Shown in pieces: positions 9,364 through 20,259 of a stretch of 64,000 bases of DNA. The DNA lies in the sequence record ON506924, one strand, 5' to 3'. The stretch comes from Escherichia phage vB_EcoM_SCS4. The notes beneath the pieces are model-generated. The model saw nothing but the letters and a program-made list of their open reading frames with translations. It ran no database searches and was not told the origin of the DNA. Position numbers and translations under genes: made by a program. How positions within the stretch are numbered: position 1 is the first letter of the stretch; every line of letters begins with the position of its first letter.

Positions 9364-9531
9364 CTATAGCAAAAGTTGTGTTTCATTTAATTGTTCTTCC
9401 GAACTTTCTGAAACTGGTAGTTCTTTAATGTAATTATAGCAAGGCCCAGGATGTACAGGACCTTTGTCTGTTTCAACAACCAATGCAGAATCGATTGGAG
9501 TTTTACAGACAACACAAATCTTATCTGACAT
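9364..9531 (-). CDS. Small Cys-containing protein (T4 uvsY.-2 position), 55 aa
   Basis: ATG at 9529-9531, TAG at 9364-9366; MSDKICVVCKTPIDS...HPGPCY; below the ORF-track size cut-off, found by manual translation. Confidence 0.5.
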   Translation of the reverse strand: MSDKICVVCKTPIDSALVVETDKGPVHPGPCYNYIKELPVSESSEEQLNETQLLL

Positions 9532-9559
9532 GATTGTCTCCTCTGAATTATATATCTAT

Positions 9560-9784
9560 TTATACAACTCTCATATGCATATCAATGCCCATATCTTTAG
9601 AATAAAAATATTCATCAAGATATCCGGCAAATTTTCCTTTAATATAAAGGACATCTTCACCACACGGATGGTCGGCCAGGATACGAATATCCTGACGCTT
9701 AAGATTATACTTTTTCATTAAGAATTGAATTTCCGTTTCGAATTCTTCTTCATAATTAAAAGCATCATCAATGCTATATCTCAT
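9560..9784 (-). CDS. Hypothetical protein (T4 uvsY.-1 position)
   Basis: 74-aa ORF whose stop overlaps the uvsY start region. Confidence 0.6.
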   Translation of the reverse strand: MRYSIDDAFNYEEEFETEIQFLMKKYNLKRQDIRILADHPCGEDVLYIKGKFAGYLDEYFYSKDMGIDMHMRVV

Positions 9785-10197
9785 TATTTTCCAGCCTCAA
9801 ATGCTCGCATGTCTTGAATATGCTTAATAGCAAATCCACGTGATTTTATAGCATCAAGAGCTCCGCTACAGAAATCCAATAAAATTCCCCAATATTGTAA
9901 TGAAGTATCAACTTTTAAAACATCCTTATCAGCTGATAGAACTGTCTTCATTTCTGATTTCTCGTAACGGTCCATACTAAATTCATCACCATCTCCTCGT
10001 CCCGAGTAGTAGTCTAATTTAGCTTTAAGAGCAACTTTTTTCTGTGCGTCAATTCTAAGCATTTCCTTTTTAATACTTGAATGCTTATTGAGCCATTTAC
10101 TATATAACATCACATTATTAGCTGCTTCATACTGTAATTTAGTCGAATCTATAAACACATCTTTCTTCAATTCTTCTTGAAGATCTTCTAATCTCAT
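9784..10197 (-). CDS. uvsY: UvsY recombination mediator
   Basis: 137-aa ORF, T4 UvsY length and N-terminal sequence. Confidence 0.9.
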   Translation of the reverse strand: MRLEDLQEELKKDVFIDSTKLQYEAANNVMLYSKWLNKHSSIKKEMLRIDAQKKVALKAKLDYYSGRGDGDEFSMDRYEKSEMKTVLSADKDVLKVDTSLQYWGILLDFCSGALDAIKSRGFAIKHIQDMRAFEAGK

Positions 10198-10263
10198 ATT
10201 GTTCTCTATTCAATTGTTATTGGATGGACTTAGATTCATTATACCACGTTTTAACGTGAAGCA

Positions 10264-10662
10264 TTATACTCTGTTACTGGAAGCCAGTTGCAATTTTATC
10301 TGCTCAATATCATCAGGGTTATCGATGACCGAAAAGCGTATTTCTACTATCAGAGTGTAATCATCATAAACTGGTATTACATTAACTGCTAATTTATCAA
10401 TACGTGGCTCGTAGTTTCTTACTGCGCTTTCAATGTTACGCTCAACAGTATCAGCAGTAAGAGGAGTCATATTCTCAAAAAGCTGATCAGATAAATCACA
10501 TCCAAATTCTGGGTCAAATGGTCTCGACCCTTTTCTGGTTGTAATAATTCCCAAAAGGCTATTTTTAATTGACCTTAATCCAAGAGATCTAGAAACATCT
10601 TTGTCCCAATCCATTTTCATTTCTGGGTCAATGTCAGAATAAAGTTTATTAATATTTGCCAT
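10264..10662 (-). CDS. 25: Baseplate wedge protein gp25
   Basis: 132-aa ORF, lysozyme-like fold family, T4 order uvsY-25-26. Confidence 0.9.
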   Translation of the reverse strand: MANINKLYSDIDPEMKMDWDKDVSRSLGLRSIKNSLLGIITTRKGSRPFDPEFGCDLSDQLFENMTPLTADTVERNIESAVRNYEPRIDKLAVNVIPVYDDYTLIVEIRFSVIDNPDDIEQIKLQLASSNRV

Positions 10663-11288
10663 TACAATAGCTCAAAGAATTCTTTGAGTCCTCTTATTAC
10701 ATGAGCGTGAGATTTTCCACACTCTGGACATTTAATTGGAACAGCCAAATAAACAGTAGGCTTTAAAAGCATATCTTTTATAGCTACAATATCTGACTCT
10801 GTGATGATAGAATATAAATCTTCCAACTCTTTTTCATTTAAGTCTTCAATTGGAATGCTTTCCCCGTTAGCATGAATCGTTTCTATACATGATACTATCA
10901 TGTGGGCTATATTTTTATCATCAAAAATTTTAGGGTATCGGAATTTAATTTTAATGTCACCCAGTGTATACCAGAGGTCTTCTGGTGCATCTATTTGTGT
11001 ATGTAATAGATTTATATGGGTTGGTATTTCAGTTCCACAGGTGCACTTCCAGGAGTTTTCGTGATTAACTTCTCCAAGAGAATGCGCCCATAAATGAATC
11101 AACAATAGCTCTGATTCTTGGCGGTTTAAATCTTTTGCATTTGTGCAGTCTTTGATTAGCTTTTTAACAATTACTTCTACGGAACCATTATTTTTGGCAG
11201 TAATAAGTTCTAGATATTCTTTAAGCGTGAATGCGCGACAATTGATTATTTTAGAACCAACTCTCACATCAAATTTGTATTCATACAT
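10662..11288 (-). CDS. 26: Baseplate hub protein gp26
   Basis: 208-aa ORF, stop overlaps the gp25 start (ATGA-type coupling). Confidence 0.85.
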   Translation of the reverse strand: MYEYKFDVRVGSKIINCRAFTLKEYLELITAKNNGSVEVIVKKLIKDCTNAKDLNRQESELLLIHLWAHSLGEVNHENSWKCTCGTEIPTHINLLHTQIDAPEDLWYTLGDIKIKFRYPKIFDDKNIAHMIVSCIETIHANGESIPIEDLNEKELEDLYSIITESDIVAIKDMLLKPTVYLAVPIKCPECGKSHAHVIRGLKEFFELL

Positions 11289-11309
11289 NTTTAGCTCCTT
11301 TATTTATCA

Positions 11310-11321
11310 TATTTATAAATA
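11310..11321. promoter_or_regulatory. Overlapping divergent late promoters (TATAAATA on both strands) between genes 26 and 51
   Basis: tatttata (11310-11317, - strand TATAAATA) and tataaata (11314-11321, + strand) in the 26/51 intergenic region. Confidence 0.5.
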
Positions 11322-11338
11322 GAATAAAAGGAGCATCT

Positions 11339-12088
11339 ATGGCAAACATTATTCGTTGTAAATTACCAGATGGTGTTCATCGTTTTAAACCATTTACGGT
11401 AGAAGATTATCGAGATTTTTTGTTAGTTCGAAACGATATAGAACATCGGTCACCACAAGAACAAAAAGAAGTAATTGCTGATTTAATTGCTGATTATTTT
11501 GGAGACTATCCAAAGACTTGGCAACCATTTATATTTTTGCAGGTATTTGTAGGGTCTATAGGTAAAACAAAAGTACCCGTCACATTTGTATGTCCAAAAT
11601 GTAAAAAAGAAAAGACAGTTCCATTTGAAATATATCAAAAAGAATTAAAGGAACCTGTTTTTGATGTAGCTAATGTTAAAATTAAATTAAAGTTTCCTTC
11701 TGAGTTTTATGAAAATAAAGCAAAGATGATTACTGAAAATATTCATTCTGTTCAAGTAGATGAAATATGGTACGATTGGAAGGAAATTAGCGAGTCCAGT
11801 CAAATAGAACTAGTTGACGCCATCGAGATAGAAACATTAGAAAAAATTCTCGATGCAATGAATCCTATTAATTTAACTCTACATATGTCATGCTGTAATA
11901 AGTATGTTAAAAAATACACTGATATAGTAGACGTGTTTAAGCTATTAGTTAACCCAGATGAGATATTTACTTTTTATCAAATTAATCACACACTCGTAAA
12001 AAGTAATTATAGCTTAAATTCAATAATGAAAATGATTCCTGCTGAGCGCGGATTCGTATTAAAACTGATTGAGAAGGATAAACAATAA
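11339..12088 (+). CDS. 51: Baseplate hub assembly protein gp51
   Basis: 249-aa ORF, T4 order 51-27-28-29. Confidence 0.85.
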   Translation: MANIIRCKLPDGVHRFKPFTVEDYRDFLLVRNDIEHRSPQEQKEVIADLIADYFGDYPKTWQPFIFLQVFVGSIGKTKVPVTFVCPKCKKEKTVPFEIYQKELKEPVFDVANVKIKLKFPSEFYENKAKMITENIHSVQVDEIWYDWKEISESSQIELVDAIEIETLEKILDAMNPINLTLHMSCCNKYVKKYTDIVDVFKLLVNPDEIFTFYQINHTLVKSNYSLNSIMKMIPAERGFVLKLIEKDKQ

Positions 12089-13263
12089 TGAGTATGTTGC
12101 AACGCCCAGGATATCCAAATCTCAGCGTTAAATTATTTGATAGCTACGACGCTTGGAGTAATAATAGATTTGTTGAATTAGCTGCTACTATTACCACATT
12201 AACTATGCGGGATTCTCTTTATGGCCGAAATGAAGGAATGCTGCAGTTTTATGATTCTAAAAACATCCATACAAAAATGGATGGAAATGAAATAATTCAG
12301 ATTTCTGTAGCTAATGCAAATGATATTAATAATGTTAAAACACGAATTTATGGATGTAAGCATTTTTCCGTGTCAGTAGATTCAAAAGGTGATAACATCA
12401 TTGCTATTGAATTGGGAACTATTCATTCTATAGAAAATCTTAAATTTGGTAGACCATTTTTCCCTGATGCAGGCGAATCTATAAAAGAAATGCTTGGTGT
12501 CATTTATCAGGATCGCACGTTATTAACTCCAGCAATAAATGCTATAAATGCTTATGTTCCTGATATTCCATGGACTAGCACATTTGAAAACTATTTGTCG
12601 TATGTCAGAGAAGTTGGTCTAGCTGTAGGAAGCGACAAATTTGTATTTGTGTGGCAAGACATCATGGGAGTTAACATGATGGACTATGATATGATGATAA
12701 ATCAAGAACCATATCCAATGATTGTCGGTGAGCCATCTTTAATAGGTCAATTCATCCAAGAATTAAAATATCCATTAGCATATGATTTTGTTTGGTTGAC
12801 TAAATCGAATCCTCACAAACGTGACCCAATGAAAAACGCTACTATCTATGCGCATTCATTTTTAGATTCTTCAATACCAATGATTACTACAGGAAAGGGT
12901 GAAAACTCTATTGTGGTGTCAAGGTCAGGTGCTTATTCTGAAATGACTTATAGGAATGGATATGAAGAAGCTATTCGTCTTCAAACTATGGCACAATATG
13001 ACGGCTATGCTAAATGTTCTACTGTCGGTAATTTTAACTTGACTCCTGGCGTTAAAATTATTTTTAATGATAGTAAAAACCAATTTAAAACAGAATTTTA
13101 CGTTGATGAAGTTATCCATGAATTATCCAATAATAATTCAGTAACTCATCTATATATGTTCACTAATGCAACGAAACTGGAAACAATAGACCCAGTTAAG
13201 GTTAAAAATGAATTTAAATCTGATACTACCACTGAAGAAAGTAGTTCTTCCAATAAGCAATAA
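12088..13263 (+). CDS. 27: Baseplate hub protein gp27
   Basis: 391-aa ORF, start overlaps the gp51 stop. Confidence 0.9.
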   Translation: MSMLQRPGYPNLSVKLFDSYDAWSNNRFVELAATITTLTMRDSLYGRNEGMLQFYDSKNIHTKMDGNEIIQISVANANDINNVKTRIYGCKHFSVSVDSKGDNIIAIELGTIHSIENLKFGRPFFPDAGESIKEMLGVIYQDRTLLTPAINAINAYVPDIPWTSTFENYLSYVREVGLAVGSDKFVFVWQDIMGVNMMDYDMMINQEPYPMIVGEPSLIGQFIQELKYPLAYDFVWLTKSNPHKRDPMKNATIYAHSFLDSSIPMITTGKGENSIVVSRSGAYSEMTYRNGYEEAIRLQTMAQYDGYAKCSTVGNFNLTPGVKIIFNDSKNQFKTEFYVDEVIHELSNNNSVTHLYMFTNATKLETIDPVKVKNEFKSDTTTEESSSSNKQ

Positions 13264-13741
13264 ANAAGTTTCTATTCCTAAAATGGGTCTTAAACATTAT
13301 AACATTTTAAAAGATGTTAAAGGTCCTGATGAAAATTTAAAACTTCTTATTGATTCTATTTGTCCGAATTTATCACCGGCAGAAGTTGATTTCGTTTNTA
13401 TTCATTTATTGGAATTTAATGGAAAGATTAAATCTCGTAAAGAAATAGATGGCTATACTTATGACATTAATGATGTCTATGTATGCCAAAGATTGGAATT
13501 TCAATACCAAGGAAATACATTTTATTTTAGACCTCCTGGAAAATTTGAACAATTTTTAACGGTGAGCGATATGTTATCTAAATGCTTGCTTAAGGTCAAC
13601 GATGAAGTTAAAGAAATTAATTTTCTTGAGATGCCAGCATTCGTTTTAAAATGGGCAAATGATATTTTTACAACTTTAGCAATTCCTGGCCCTAATGGTC
13701 CAATAACTGGAATTGGCAATATTATTGGATTATTTGAATGA
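13208..13741 (+). CDS. 28: Baseplate hub distal subunit gp28
   Basis: 177-aa ORF overlapping the 3' end of gene 27; contains ambiguous bases. Confidence 0.75.
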   Translation: MNLNLILPLKKVVLPISNKXVSIPKMGLKHYNILKDVKGPDENLKLLIDSICPNLSPAEVDFVXIHLLEFNGKIKSRKEIDGYTYDINDVYVCQRLEFQYQGNTFYFRPPGKFEQFLTVSDMLSKCLLKVNDEVKEINFLEMPAFVLKWANDIFTTLAIPGPNGPITGIGNIIGLFE

Positions 13742-15510
13742 AAAAGCCACAAGAAATGCAAACGATGCGTAGAAAAGTTATTTCAGATAATAAACCAATA
13801 CAGGAAGCGGCTAAATCCGCTTCCAACACTTTATCTGGACTTAATGACATATCTACGAAATTGGATGATGCTCAAGCTGCTTCTGAATTAATTGCTCAAA
13901 CTGTCGAAGAAAAATCGAATGAAATAATTGGAGCAATTGACAATGTAGAAAGCGCAGTGAGTGATACTACTGCTGGTTCTGAGTTAATTGCTGAAACTGT
14001 CGAAATTGGCAACAATATTAATAAAGAAATCGGTGAATCGCTCGGAAGCAAATTAGATAAATTAACAAGTTTACTGGAGCAAAAAATTCAGACAGCTGGA
14101 ATTCAACAAACAGGAACTAGTTTAGCCACGGTTGAAAGCGCTATTCCTGTTAAAGTTGTTGAGGATGATACAGCTGAATCTGTGGGTCCTTTATTACCAG
14201 CTCCTGAAGCAGTTAATAATGATCCTGATGCTGATTTTTTCCCTACCCCTCAGCCAGTTGAACCTAAACAAGAATCGCCAGAAGAAAAACAGAAAAAAGA
14301 CGCATTTAACTTAAAATTATCTCAAGCTTTAGATAAATTAACAAAGACTGTTGATTTCGGATTTAAGAAATCTATTTCAATTACTGATAAAATATCAAGC
14401 ATGCTATTTAAGTATACCATAAGTNCTGCTATTGAAGCTGCTAAAATGACAGCAATGATATTGGCTGTTGTTGTCGGAATAGACCTTTTGATGGTTCATT
14501 TCAAATATTGGTCAGATAAATTTTCGCAGGCATGGGATTTATTTAGTACTGATTTAACTAAATTCTCTAGTGAAACAGGAACATGGGGTCCTTTATTACA
14601 GAGCATCTTTAGTTCTATTGATGAAATTAAAAAATTCTGGGAAGAGGGAGATTGGGGCGGTTTGACGGTAGCTATTGTAGAAGGGCTTGGAAAGGTTCTT
14701 TATAATTTAGGAGAACTTATTCAGCTTGGAATGGCTAAATTATCTGCTGCAATTCTTCGAGTCATTCCTGGCATGAAGGATACCGCTGATGAAGTAGAAG
14801 GAAGAGCACTAGAAAATTTCCAAAATTCTACTGGAGCATCTCTCAATAAAGAAGACCAGGAAAAAGTTGCAAATTATCAAGATAAACGAATGAACGGAGA
14901 CCTTGGTCCGATAGCAAAAGGATTAGATAAAATTNCTAATTGGAAAACTCGTGCATCTAACTGGATTCGTGGCGTTGATAATAAAGAAGCACTAACTACC
15001 GACGAAGAGCGTGCAGCAGAAGAAGAAAAATTAAAGCAACTTTCACCAGAAGAAAGAAAAAATGCTTTAATGAAGGCTAATGAAGCTCGTGCCGCGATGA
15101 TTCGTTTTGAAAAATATGCCGATTCAGCTGATATGAGTAAAGACTCAACGGTTAAATCAGTTGAAGCTGCCTATGAAGACCTTAAAAAACGGATGGATGA
15201 CCCGGATTTAAATAATTCACCGGCAGTTAAAAAAGAACTTGCTGCTAGATTTTCTAAAATTGATGCTACTTATCAAGAGCTCAAGAAAAATCAGCCTAAT
15301 GCCAAACCTGAAACTTCTGCTAAATCGCCAGAAGCGAAACAGGTCCAGGTTATTGAAAAGAACAAAGCACAGCAAGCTCCTGTTCAACAAGCATCTCCTT
15401 CAATCAATAATACTAATAATGTTATTAAGAAAAATACTGTCGTTCATAATATGACACCTGTAACAAGCACGACTGCTCCTGGTGTATTTGATGCGACTGG
15501 AGTTAATTAA
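13738..15510 (+). CDS. 29: Baseplate hub / tail-length determinator gp29
   Basis: 590-aa ORF, T4 gp29 length; coiled-coil-rich. Confidence 0.9.
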   Translation: MKKPQEMQTMRRKVISDNKPIQEAAKSASNTLSGLNDISTKLDDAQAASELIAQTVEEKSNEIIGAIDNVESAVSDTTAGSELIAETVEIGNNINKEIGESLGSKLDKLTSLLEQKIQTAGIQQTGTSLATVESAIPVKVVEDDTAESVGPLLPAPEAVNNDPDADFFPTPQPVEPKQESPEEKQKKDAFNLKLSQALDKLTKTVDFGFKKSISITDKISSMLFKYTISXAIEAAKMTAMILAVVVGIDLLMVHFKYWSDKFSQAWDLFSTDLTKFSSETGTWGPLLQSIFSSIDEIKKFWEEGDWGGLTVAIVEGLGKVLYNLGELIQLGMAKLSAAILRVIPGMKDTADEVEGRALENFQNSTGASLNKEDQEKVANYQDKRMNGDLGPIAKGLDKIXNWKTRASNWIRGVDNKEALTTDEERAAEEEKLKQLSPEERKNALMKANEARAAMIRFEKYADSADMSKDSTVKSVEAAYEDLKKRMDDPDLNNSPAVKKELAARFSKIDATYQELKKNQPNAKPETSAKSPEAKQVQVIEKNKAQQAPVQQASPSINNTNNVIKKNTVVHNMTPVTSTTAPGVFDATGVN

Positions 15511-15518
15511 GGAATAAT

Positions 15519-16613
15519 ATGGCAATTGTTAAAGAAATAACTGCTGATTTAATTAAAAAGTNCGGTGAGAAAATTTCAGCCGGACAGAGTACTAAATCAG
15601 AAGTAGGAACTAAAACATACACAGCCCAGTTTCCAACTGGGCGTGCTAGTGGTAATGACACTACAGGGGACTTCCAGGTAACAGATCTATATAAGAATGG
15701 ATTATTATTTACTGCATACAATATGTCATCTAGGGATTCTGGAAGTCTTAGATCGATGAGATCTAACTACTCTTCTTCATCTTCGAGTATTTTACGTACA
15801 GCCAGAAACACTATCAGTAATACAGTATCAAAACTATCAAATGGATTAATATCAAATAATAATTCAGGAACAATAAGTAAATCTCCTATCGCAAACATTC
15901 TTTTACCGAGATCTAAATCTGATGTTGATACATCATCACATAGATTTAATGATGTTCAAGAAAGCCTTATCAGTAGAGGCGGAGGTACTGCTACTGGTGT
16001 GCTAAGTAATATTGCTTCAACCGCAGTATTTGGGGCGCTGGAAAGTATAACACAAGGTATAATGGCTGATAATAATGAACAGATTTATACGACAGCCAGA
16101 AGTATGTATGGTGGTGCTGAAAATAGAACTAAAGTGTTTACATGGGATTTGACTCCACGTTCAACAGAAGATTTAATGGCTATTATTAATATCTATCAAT
16201 ATTTTAACTATTTTTCTTATGGTGAAACTGGTAAATCTCAATATGCTGCTGAAATAAAGGGATATTTAGATGATTGGTATCGTTCTACGTTAATTGAACC
16301 TTTATCTCCGGAAGACGCAGCTAAAAATAAAACACTATTTGAGAAAATGACATCGAGTTTAACTAACGTTCTAGTAGTTTCAAACCCGACAGTTTGGATG
16401 GTGAAAAACTTTGGTGCAACATCTAAGTTTGATGGAAAAACGGAAATATTTGGTCCATGTCAAATACAGAGCATTAGATTTGATAAAACACCTAATGGTA
16501 ACTTTAACGGATTAGCTATTGCTCCAAACCTCCCTAGTACATTTACTCTCGAGATTACTATGAGAGAAATTATCACGTTAAACCGTGCTTCTTTATATGC
16601 GGGGACTTTTTAA
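15519..16613 (+). CDS. 48: Baseplate tail-tube cap gp48
   Basis: 364-aa ORF, T4 order 29-48-54. Confidence 0.9.
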   Translation: MAIVKEITADLIKKXGEKISAGQSTKSEVGTKTYTAQFPTGRASGNDTTGDFQVTDLYKNGLLFTAYNMSSRDSGSLRSMRSNYSSSSSSILRTARNTISNTVSKLSNGLISNNNSGTISKSPIANILLPRSKSDVDTSSHRFNDVQESLISRGGGTATGVLSNIASTAVFGALESITQGIMADNNEQIYTTARSMYGGAENRTKVFTWDLTPRSTEDLMAIINIYQYFNYFSYGETGKSQYAAEIKGYLDDWYRSTLIEPLSPEDAAKNKTLFEKMTSSLTNVLVVSNPTVWMVKNFGATSKFDGKTEIFGPCQIQSIRFDKTPNGNFNGLAIAPNLPSTFTLEITMREIITLNRASLYAGTF

Positions 16614-17578
16614 TGTATTCTTTAGAGGAATTTAATAATCAAGCAATAAACGCAGATTTCCAACGTAATAATATGTTTAGCTGCGTTTTTGCAACAACTC
16701 CATCAACTAAAAGCTCTTCGTTGATAAGTTCAATTAGCAACTTTTCNTATAATAACTTGGGCCTAAATTCAGATTGGTTAGGATTAACTCAAGGCGATAT
16801 TAATCAGGGAATTACCACGCTAATTACAGCTGGCACACAAAAACTGATAAGAAAATCAGGAGTTAGTAAATATCTTATTGGTGCCATGAGTCAACGTACA
16901 GTTCAAAGTTTATTAGGATCATTTACAGTTGGTACATATTTAATTGACTTCTTTAACATGGCATATAACTCATCTGGATTGATGATATATTCTGTAAAAA
17001 TGCCAGAGAATAGATTATCCTATGAAACTGACTGGAACTACAACTCTCCTAATATTCGTATAACTGGGAGAGAATTAGACCCTTTGGTTATTTCATTTAG
17101 AATGGATTCAGAAGCTTGTAACTATCGTGCAATGCAAGACTGGGTTAACTCTGTTCAAGACCCAGTAACTGGATTACGTGCTTTGCCGCAAGATGTCGAG
17201 GCAGATATTCAGGTTAATCTTCATTCTCGCAATGGATTACCTCATACTGCGGTGATGTTCACCGGATGCATTCCAATATCAGTGAGCGCTCCTGAGTTAT
17301 CATATGATGGAGATAACCAAATAACTACATTTGATGTTACTTTTGCGTACAGAGTGATGCAGGCTGGAGCAGTTGATAGGCAAGCTGCGCTTGAATGGCT
17401 TGAATCTGCTGCTATAAATGGTATTCAAAGCGTTCTCGGAAATAGTGGAGGTGTTACTGGACTATCTAATTCGCTTTCACGACTTAGTAGATTAGGAGGA
17501 ACTGCAGGAAGCATTTCAAACATTAATACTATGACAGGAATTGTCAATTCGCAGAGTAAAATATTAGGAGCAATATAA
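16613..17578 (+). CDS. 54: Baseplate tail-tube initiator gp54
   Basis: 321-aa ORF, start overlaps the gp48 stop. Confidence 0.9.
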   Translation: MYSLEEFNNQAINADFQRNNMFSCVFATTPSTKSSSLISSISNFXYNNLGLNSDWLGLTQGDINQGITTLITAGTQKLIRKSGVSKYLIGAMSQRTVQSLLGSFTVGTYLIDFFNMAYNSSGLMIYSVKMPENRLSYETDWNYNSPNIRITGRELDPLVISFRMDSEACNYRAMQDWVNSVQDPVTGLRALPQDVEADIQVNLHSRNGLPHTAVMFTGCIPISVSAPELSYDGDNQITTFDVTFAYRVMQAGAVDRQAALEWLESAAINGIQSVLGNSGGVTGLSNSLSRLSRLGGTAGSISNINTMTGIVNSQSKILGAI

Positions 17579-17582
17579 CAAT

Positions 17583-17609
17583 GGGGACCTTTCNNTNCCC
17601 ATATTTTTA
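17583..17609 (+). terminator. Hairpin terminator after gene 54 (contains N)
   Basis: ggggacctttc..ccc stem followed by a T-run. Confidence 0.45.
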
Positions 17610-17897
17610 TTTACGGAATGAAATGAAAGCAGCAACTGAAGCAACTAAACTGTCTTCAATATAAACTTCAATTTTTACCGGAGCTTCTGACTCAAATTTA
17701 CCTGTTACTACACCCTGAAAAATACTTTCAGTCTGTTCTGGCTTTGAAAAATTTTCAGAAGGAAAAATTCCGAACTTTTTATCTGTTCCAAAAATTTTGA
17801 TAAATTCATCATAAACTGCTTCATTAAAAGCATTATCAGCAGGAATAACGCCTTCAACTACAAGTTCTTGACCTAAAAAGCGCAAAGAAGATTTCAT
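17607..17897 (-). CDS. Hypothetical protein upstream-adjacent to alt (T4 alt.-x position)
   Basis: 96-aa ORF with its own GTTTACA-type early promoter. Confidence 0.55.
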   Translation of the reverse strand: MKSSLRFLGQELVVEGVIPADNAFNEAVYDEFIKIFGTDKKFGIFPSENFSKPEQTESIFQGVVTGKFESEAPVKIEVYIEDSLVASVAAFISFRK

Positions 17898-17928
17898 TTT
17901 GTGTTCCTCATGTTATGTCAGTAAGACT

Positions 17929-17958
17929 ACTATAACACAACATAAGGAACTTGTAAAC
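17929..17958 (-). promoter_or_regulatory. T4-type early promoter (GTTTACA -35, TATAGT -10)
   Basis: - strand reads GTTTACA, 17-nt spacer, TATAGT; near-identical copy at 31702-31731. Confidence 0.45.
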
Positions 17959-20018
17959 TACATCTTGAACTTTTTAGACATTCCGTTGATGTTAACCAAA
18001 GAAGCCAAGATTTGAGAAACTTCGTTTTCCTCTTCTTTTGATTCTTCTACAANGAATTGATTAAATCCAGCCATTGGACGAACTTCACCAGTTTCCATTA
18101 AATGGTCGCCATCATATACTGATTCTTCTAATTGTTCAGAAGGAGGAACGATTGTACCTTCGATTAGATACTTGTTATAAGCAGTTTCTTTCATAAAGTA
18201 CGTACTTACTTTATTAATCTTCAGTAAAATTCCACGCGGTAGAATAACTTCAGCTTCTGATGGAAATCCTGATAAATGACCTGGAACGATAACTTTGATT
18301 CGCTCAGCTCCTTTAATTACCATACCCACGCTAGTTTCAGCATCTTCATTGGCATATGTAGAATGACTACCCATATGCATTAAATCTTCTGCATCAACGG
18401 AACCTTCTCCTTCGCCAGAAAATACTGCGCCGGAATCATCTAGAGCCATATAGTTTTTACCATGCTCACCGAAGATATTTGGTTTAAGTGATGTCGATAC
18501 GAAGTTCTTGAAATAGAACATTTTATTTTCAATGTTATGACGCAAAGTTTTAAAGGTAACTTCTTGTCCACGGTAAAGTGTAGTTCCTGGAGGAAGAACT
18601 GATCCTTTGGCAAAGGCAGAATCTAACGTCTCGATGTGCTTAATAGCTCGTTCCATATATTCTTCACGGGTAGAATCTGGTTTACCCAAAAGGAACGAGT
18701 TCATTTCAACATATGAATCTGCACAATAATCTTCAATTACATCAGATTCAGCCTGAGTCAGTCCTTTTGGAGTTACTTCGGTGCTTGCGTATTCATATGC
18801 CTGAGCAGCAGATTCATTAATCAATTTATAAATGCCATTCATTACAAATTGAATAATAGCTGTCTTTTCATCTGACGTAGCTTTAGAACCTTTAACTAAA
18901 TCATTNATAATTTTCTTAATAACATCAAAGCTATTAGAAATATTAATGTCAGCAAGATCGCTTAAAATTTTATCAGTTTTATAATCAAAGAATTCTTTAT
19001 TCTTTAAATATTCTTGAGAACCTTGATATGTTATATCGCTCTGCAACTTGATAGATGGATCACGTAAACGTGCATGGGCTAATGCAATATGATTTCGGAA
19101 GCTTTCTAGTTCATAATCGTTAGATTTAAAACGAGAAGCACTTCTCATACCACCGATAGCTCCTTTGCTAAAGTTTGAACCAATCTGGATAACGCCAGAG
19201 TTCATCGGACCTTCTGCTTTATATACCGGAACTTTAGATTCAAACTCTTGATATTTCTTGGCAGCGAAGCTATCACCCTGAAGTGAAGCATCAACAGTAG
19301 AATATTGAGCTTGTGCTGCTAATCGACGACTAATTTTAGTTTTCTGAATAACAGCTTGATCAGTGCGCTTATCATTTTCTAAAGCAATAGAAGCAGCAAC
19401 AGCGACAGCTTTAGGAACAGCATTACCTGTTTTAACGTCTACATAAACATCACCAACCTTTGATTCAACTTTTGTGAATAACTCAGTTGAAATAGGAGGT
19501 ACACCTGGAATGTCTTCTAAATTGGCATTTTTACGGTAAACCATAATATATGCATACTTTTTATCGTAATCCCAGAGTTCCTTAAGAAGGACGTATCTGC
19601 CACCTGAACGACTACGGATAAGTCTATCAGCAATAACTTGAATTTGTCGAGCTTGGCCAGCAGTTTTAGACTTAAGAATACGAAGCATACAAGCATCAAT
19701 TTTATACTGACGCATTGTTTGCATTGCAACAGTAAAAACTGAATTGATATAATTAATTGGGCTTGGACCAAGACCTTTTAATTTAGCAATTGAACCTTTA
19801 GCAGTTAATGTAAAAGGAACAATATGCATCATTTTATCGCCCATCTTTAAATCGCGATTAGTATCACCTCCAGATGTATAGGTACATAAACGAAATCCTG
19901 GTTGTTCAATTGCATCATCAACGTGAACTGAAAAAATTTGTGGTATTTTCTTCTTTGGATTTAAGTTTGTAATCGGAAGAGTAGTATCTTCGTCAAATAA
20001 TTCTGTAATGAGTTCCAT
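17958..20018 (-). CDS. alt: Alt, virion-packaged ADP-ribosyltransferase
   Basis: Large ORF beginning MELITELFDEDTTLPITNLNPKKK as T4 Alt; start at the second Met. Confidence 0.88.
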   Translation of the reverse strand: MELITELFDEDTTLPITNLNPKKKIPQIFSVHVDDAIEQPGFRLCTYTSGGDTNRDLKMGDKMMHIVPFTLTAKGSIAKLKGLGPSPINYINSVFTVAMQTMRQYKIDACMLRILKSKTAGQARQIQVIADRLIRSRSGGRYVLLKELWDYDKKYAYIMVYRKNANLEDIPGVPPISTELFTKVESKVGDVYVDVKTGNAVPKAVAVAASIALENDKRTDQAVIQKTKISRRLAAQAQYSTVDASLQGDSFAAKKYQEFESKVPVYKAEGPMNSGVIQIGSNFSKGAIGGMRSASRFKSNDYELESFRNHIALAHARLRDPSIKLQSDITYQGSQEYLKNKEFFDYKTDKILSDLADINISNSFDVIKKIXNDLVKGSKATSDEKTAIIQFVMNGIYKLINESAAQAYEYASTEVTPKGLTQAESDVIEDYCADSYVEMNSFLLGKPDSTREEYMERAIKHIETLDSAFAKGSVLPPGTTLYRGQEVTFKTLRHNIENKMFYFKNFVSTSLKPNIFGEHGKNYMALDDSGAVFSGEGEGSVDAEDLMHMGSHSTYANEDAETSVGMVIKGAERIKVIVPGHLSGFPSEAEVILPRGILLKINKVSTYFMKETAYNKYLIEGTIVPPSEQLEESVYDGDHLMETGEVRPMAGFNQFXVEESKEEENEVSQILASLVNINGMSKKFKM

Positions 20019-20056
20019 CATATCCTNTCNAGTGTTTANTCTATTTATAAAATTAA

Positions 20057-20070
20057 AGGCCCGAAGGCCT
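20057..20070 (-). terminator. GC hairpin aggcc-cgaa-ggcct between alt.1 and alt
   Basis: Perfect inverted repeat with GAA-containing loop. Confidence 0.4.
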
Positions 20071-20259
20071 TTAATAATCTATAGGTAAGAGAGTACGATA
20101 TATTTCAAACTTTGGACCTTTTTCATAAGCATCAAATGTTTCTGTGAATTTATTATAAGCGTATGCATCTACAAATTCGAGAATGACTTGTGATACAGAA
20201 GTAGAAACATCTCCACCTTCTTTTTGAGCAATGACAATTGTTTCTAAGTAAGCTTTCAT
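20071..20259 (-). CDS. Hypothetical protein (T4 alt.1 position)
   Basis: 62-aa ORF between the ligase and alt. Confidence 0.55.
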   Translation of the reverse strand: MKAYLETIVIAQKEGGDVSTSVSQVILEFVDAYAYNKFTETFDAYEKGPKFEIYRTLLPIDY

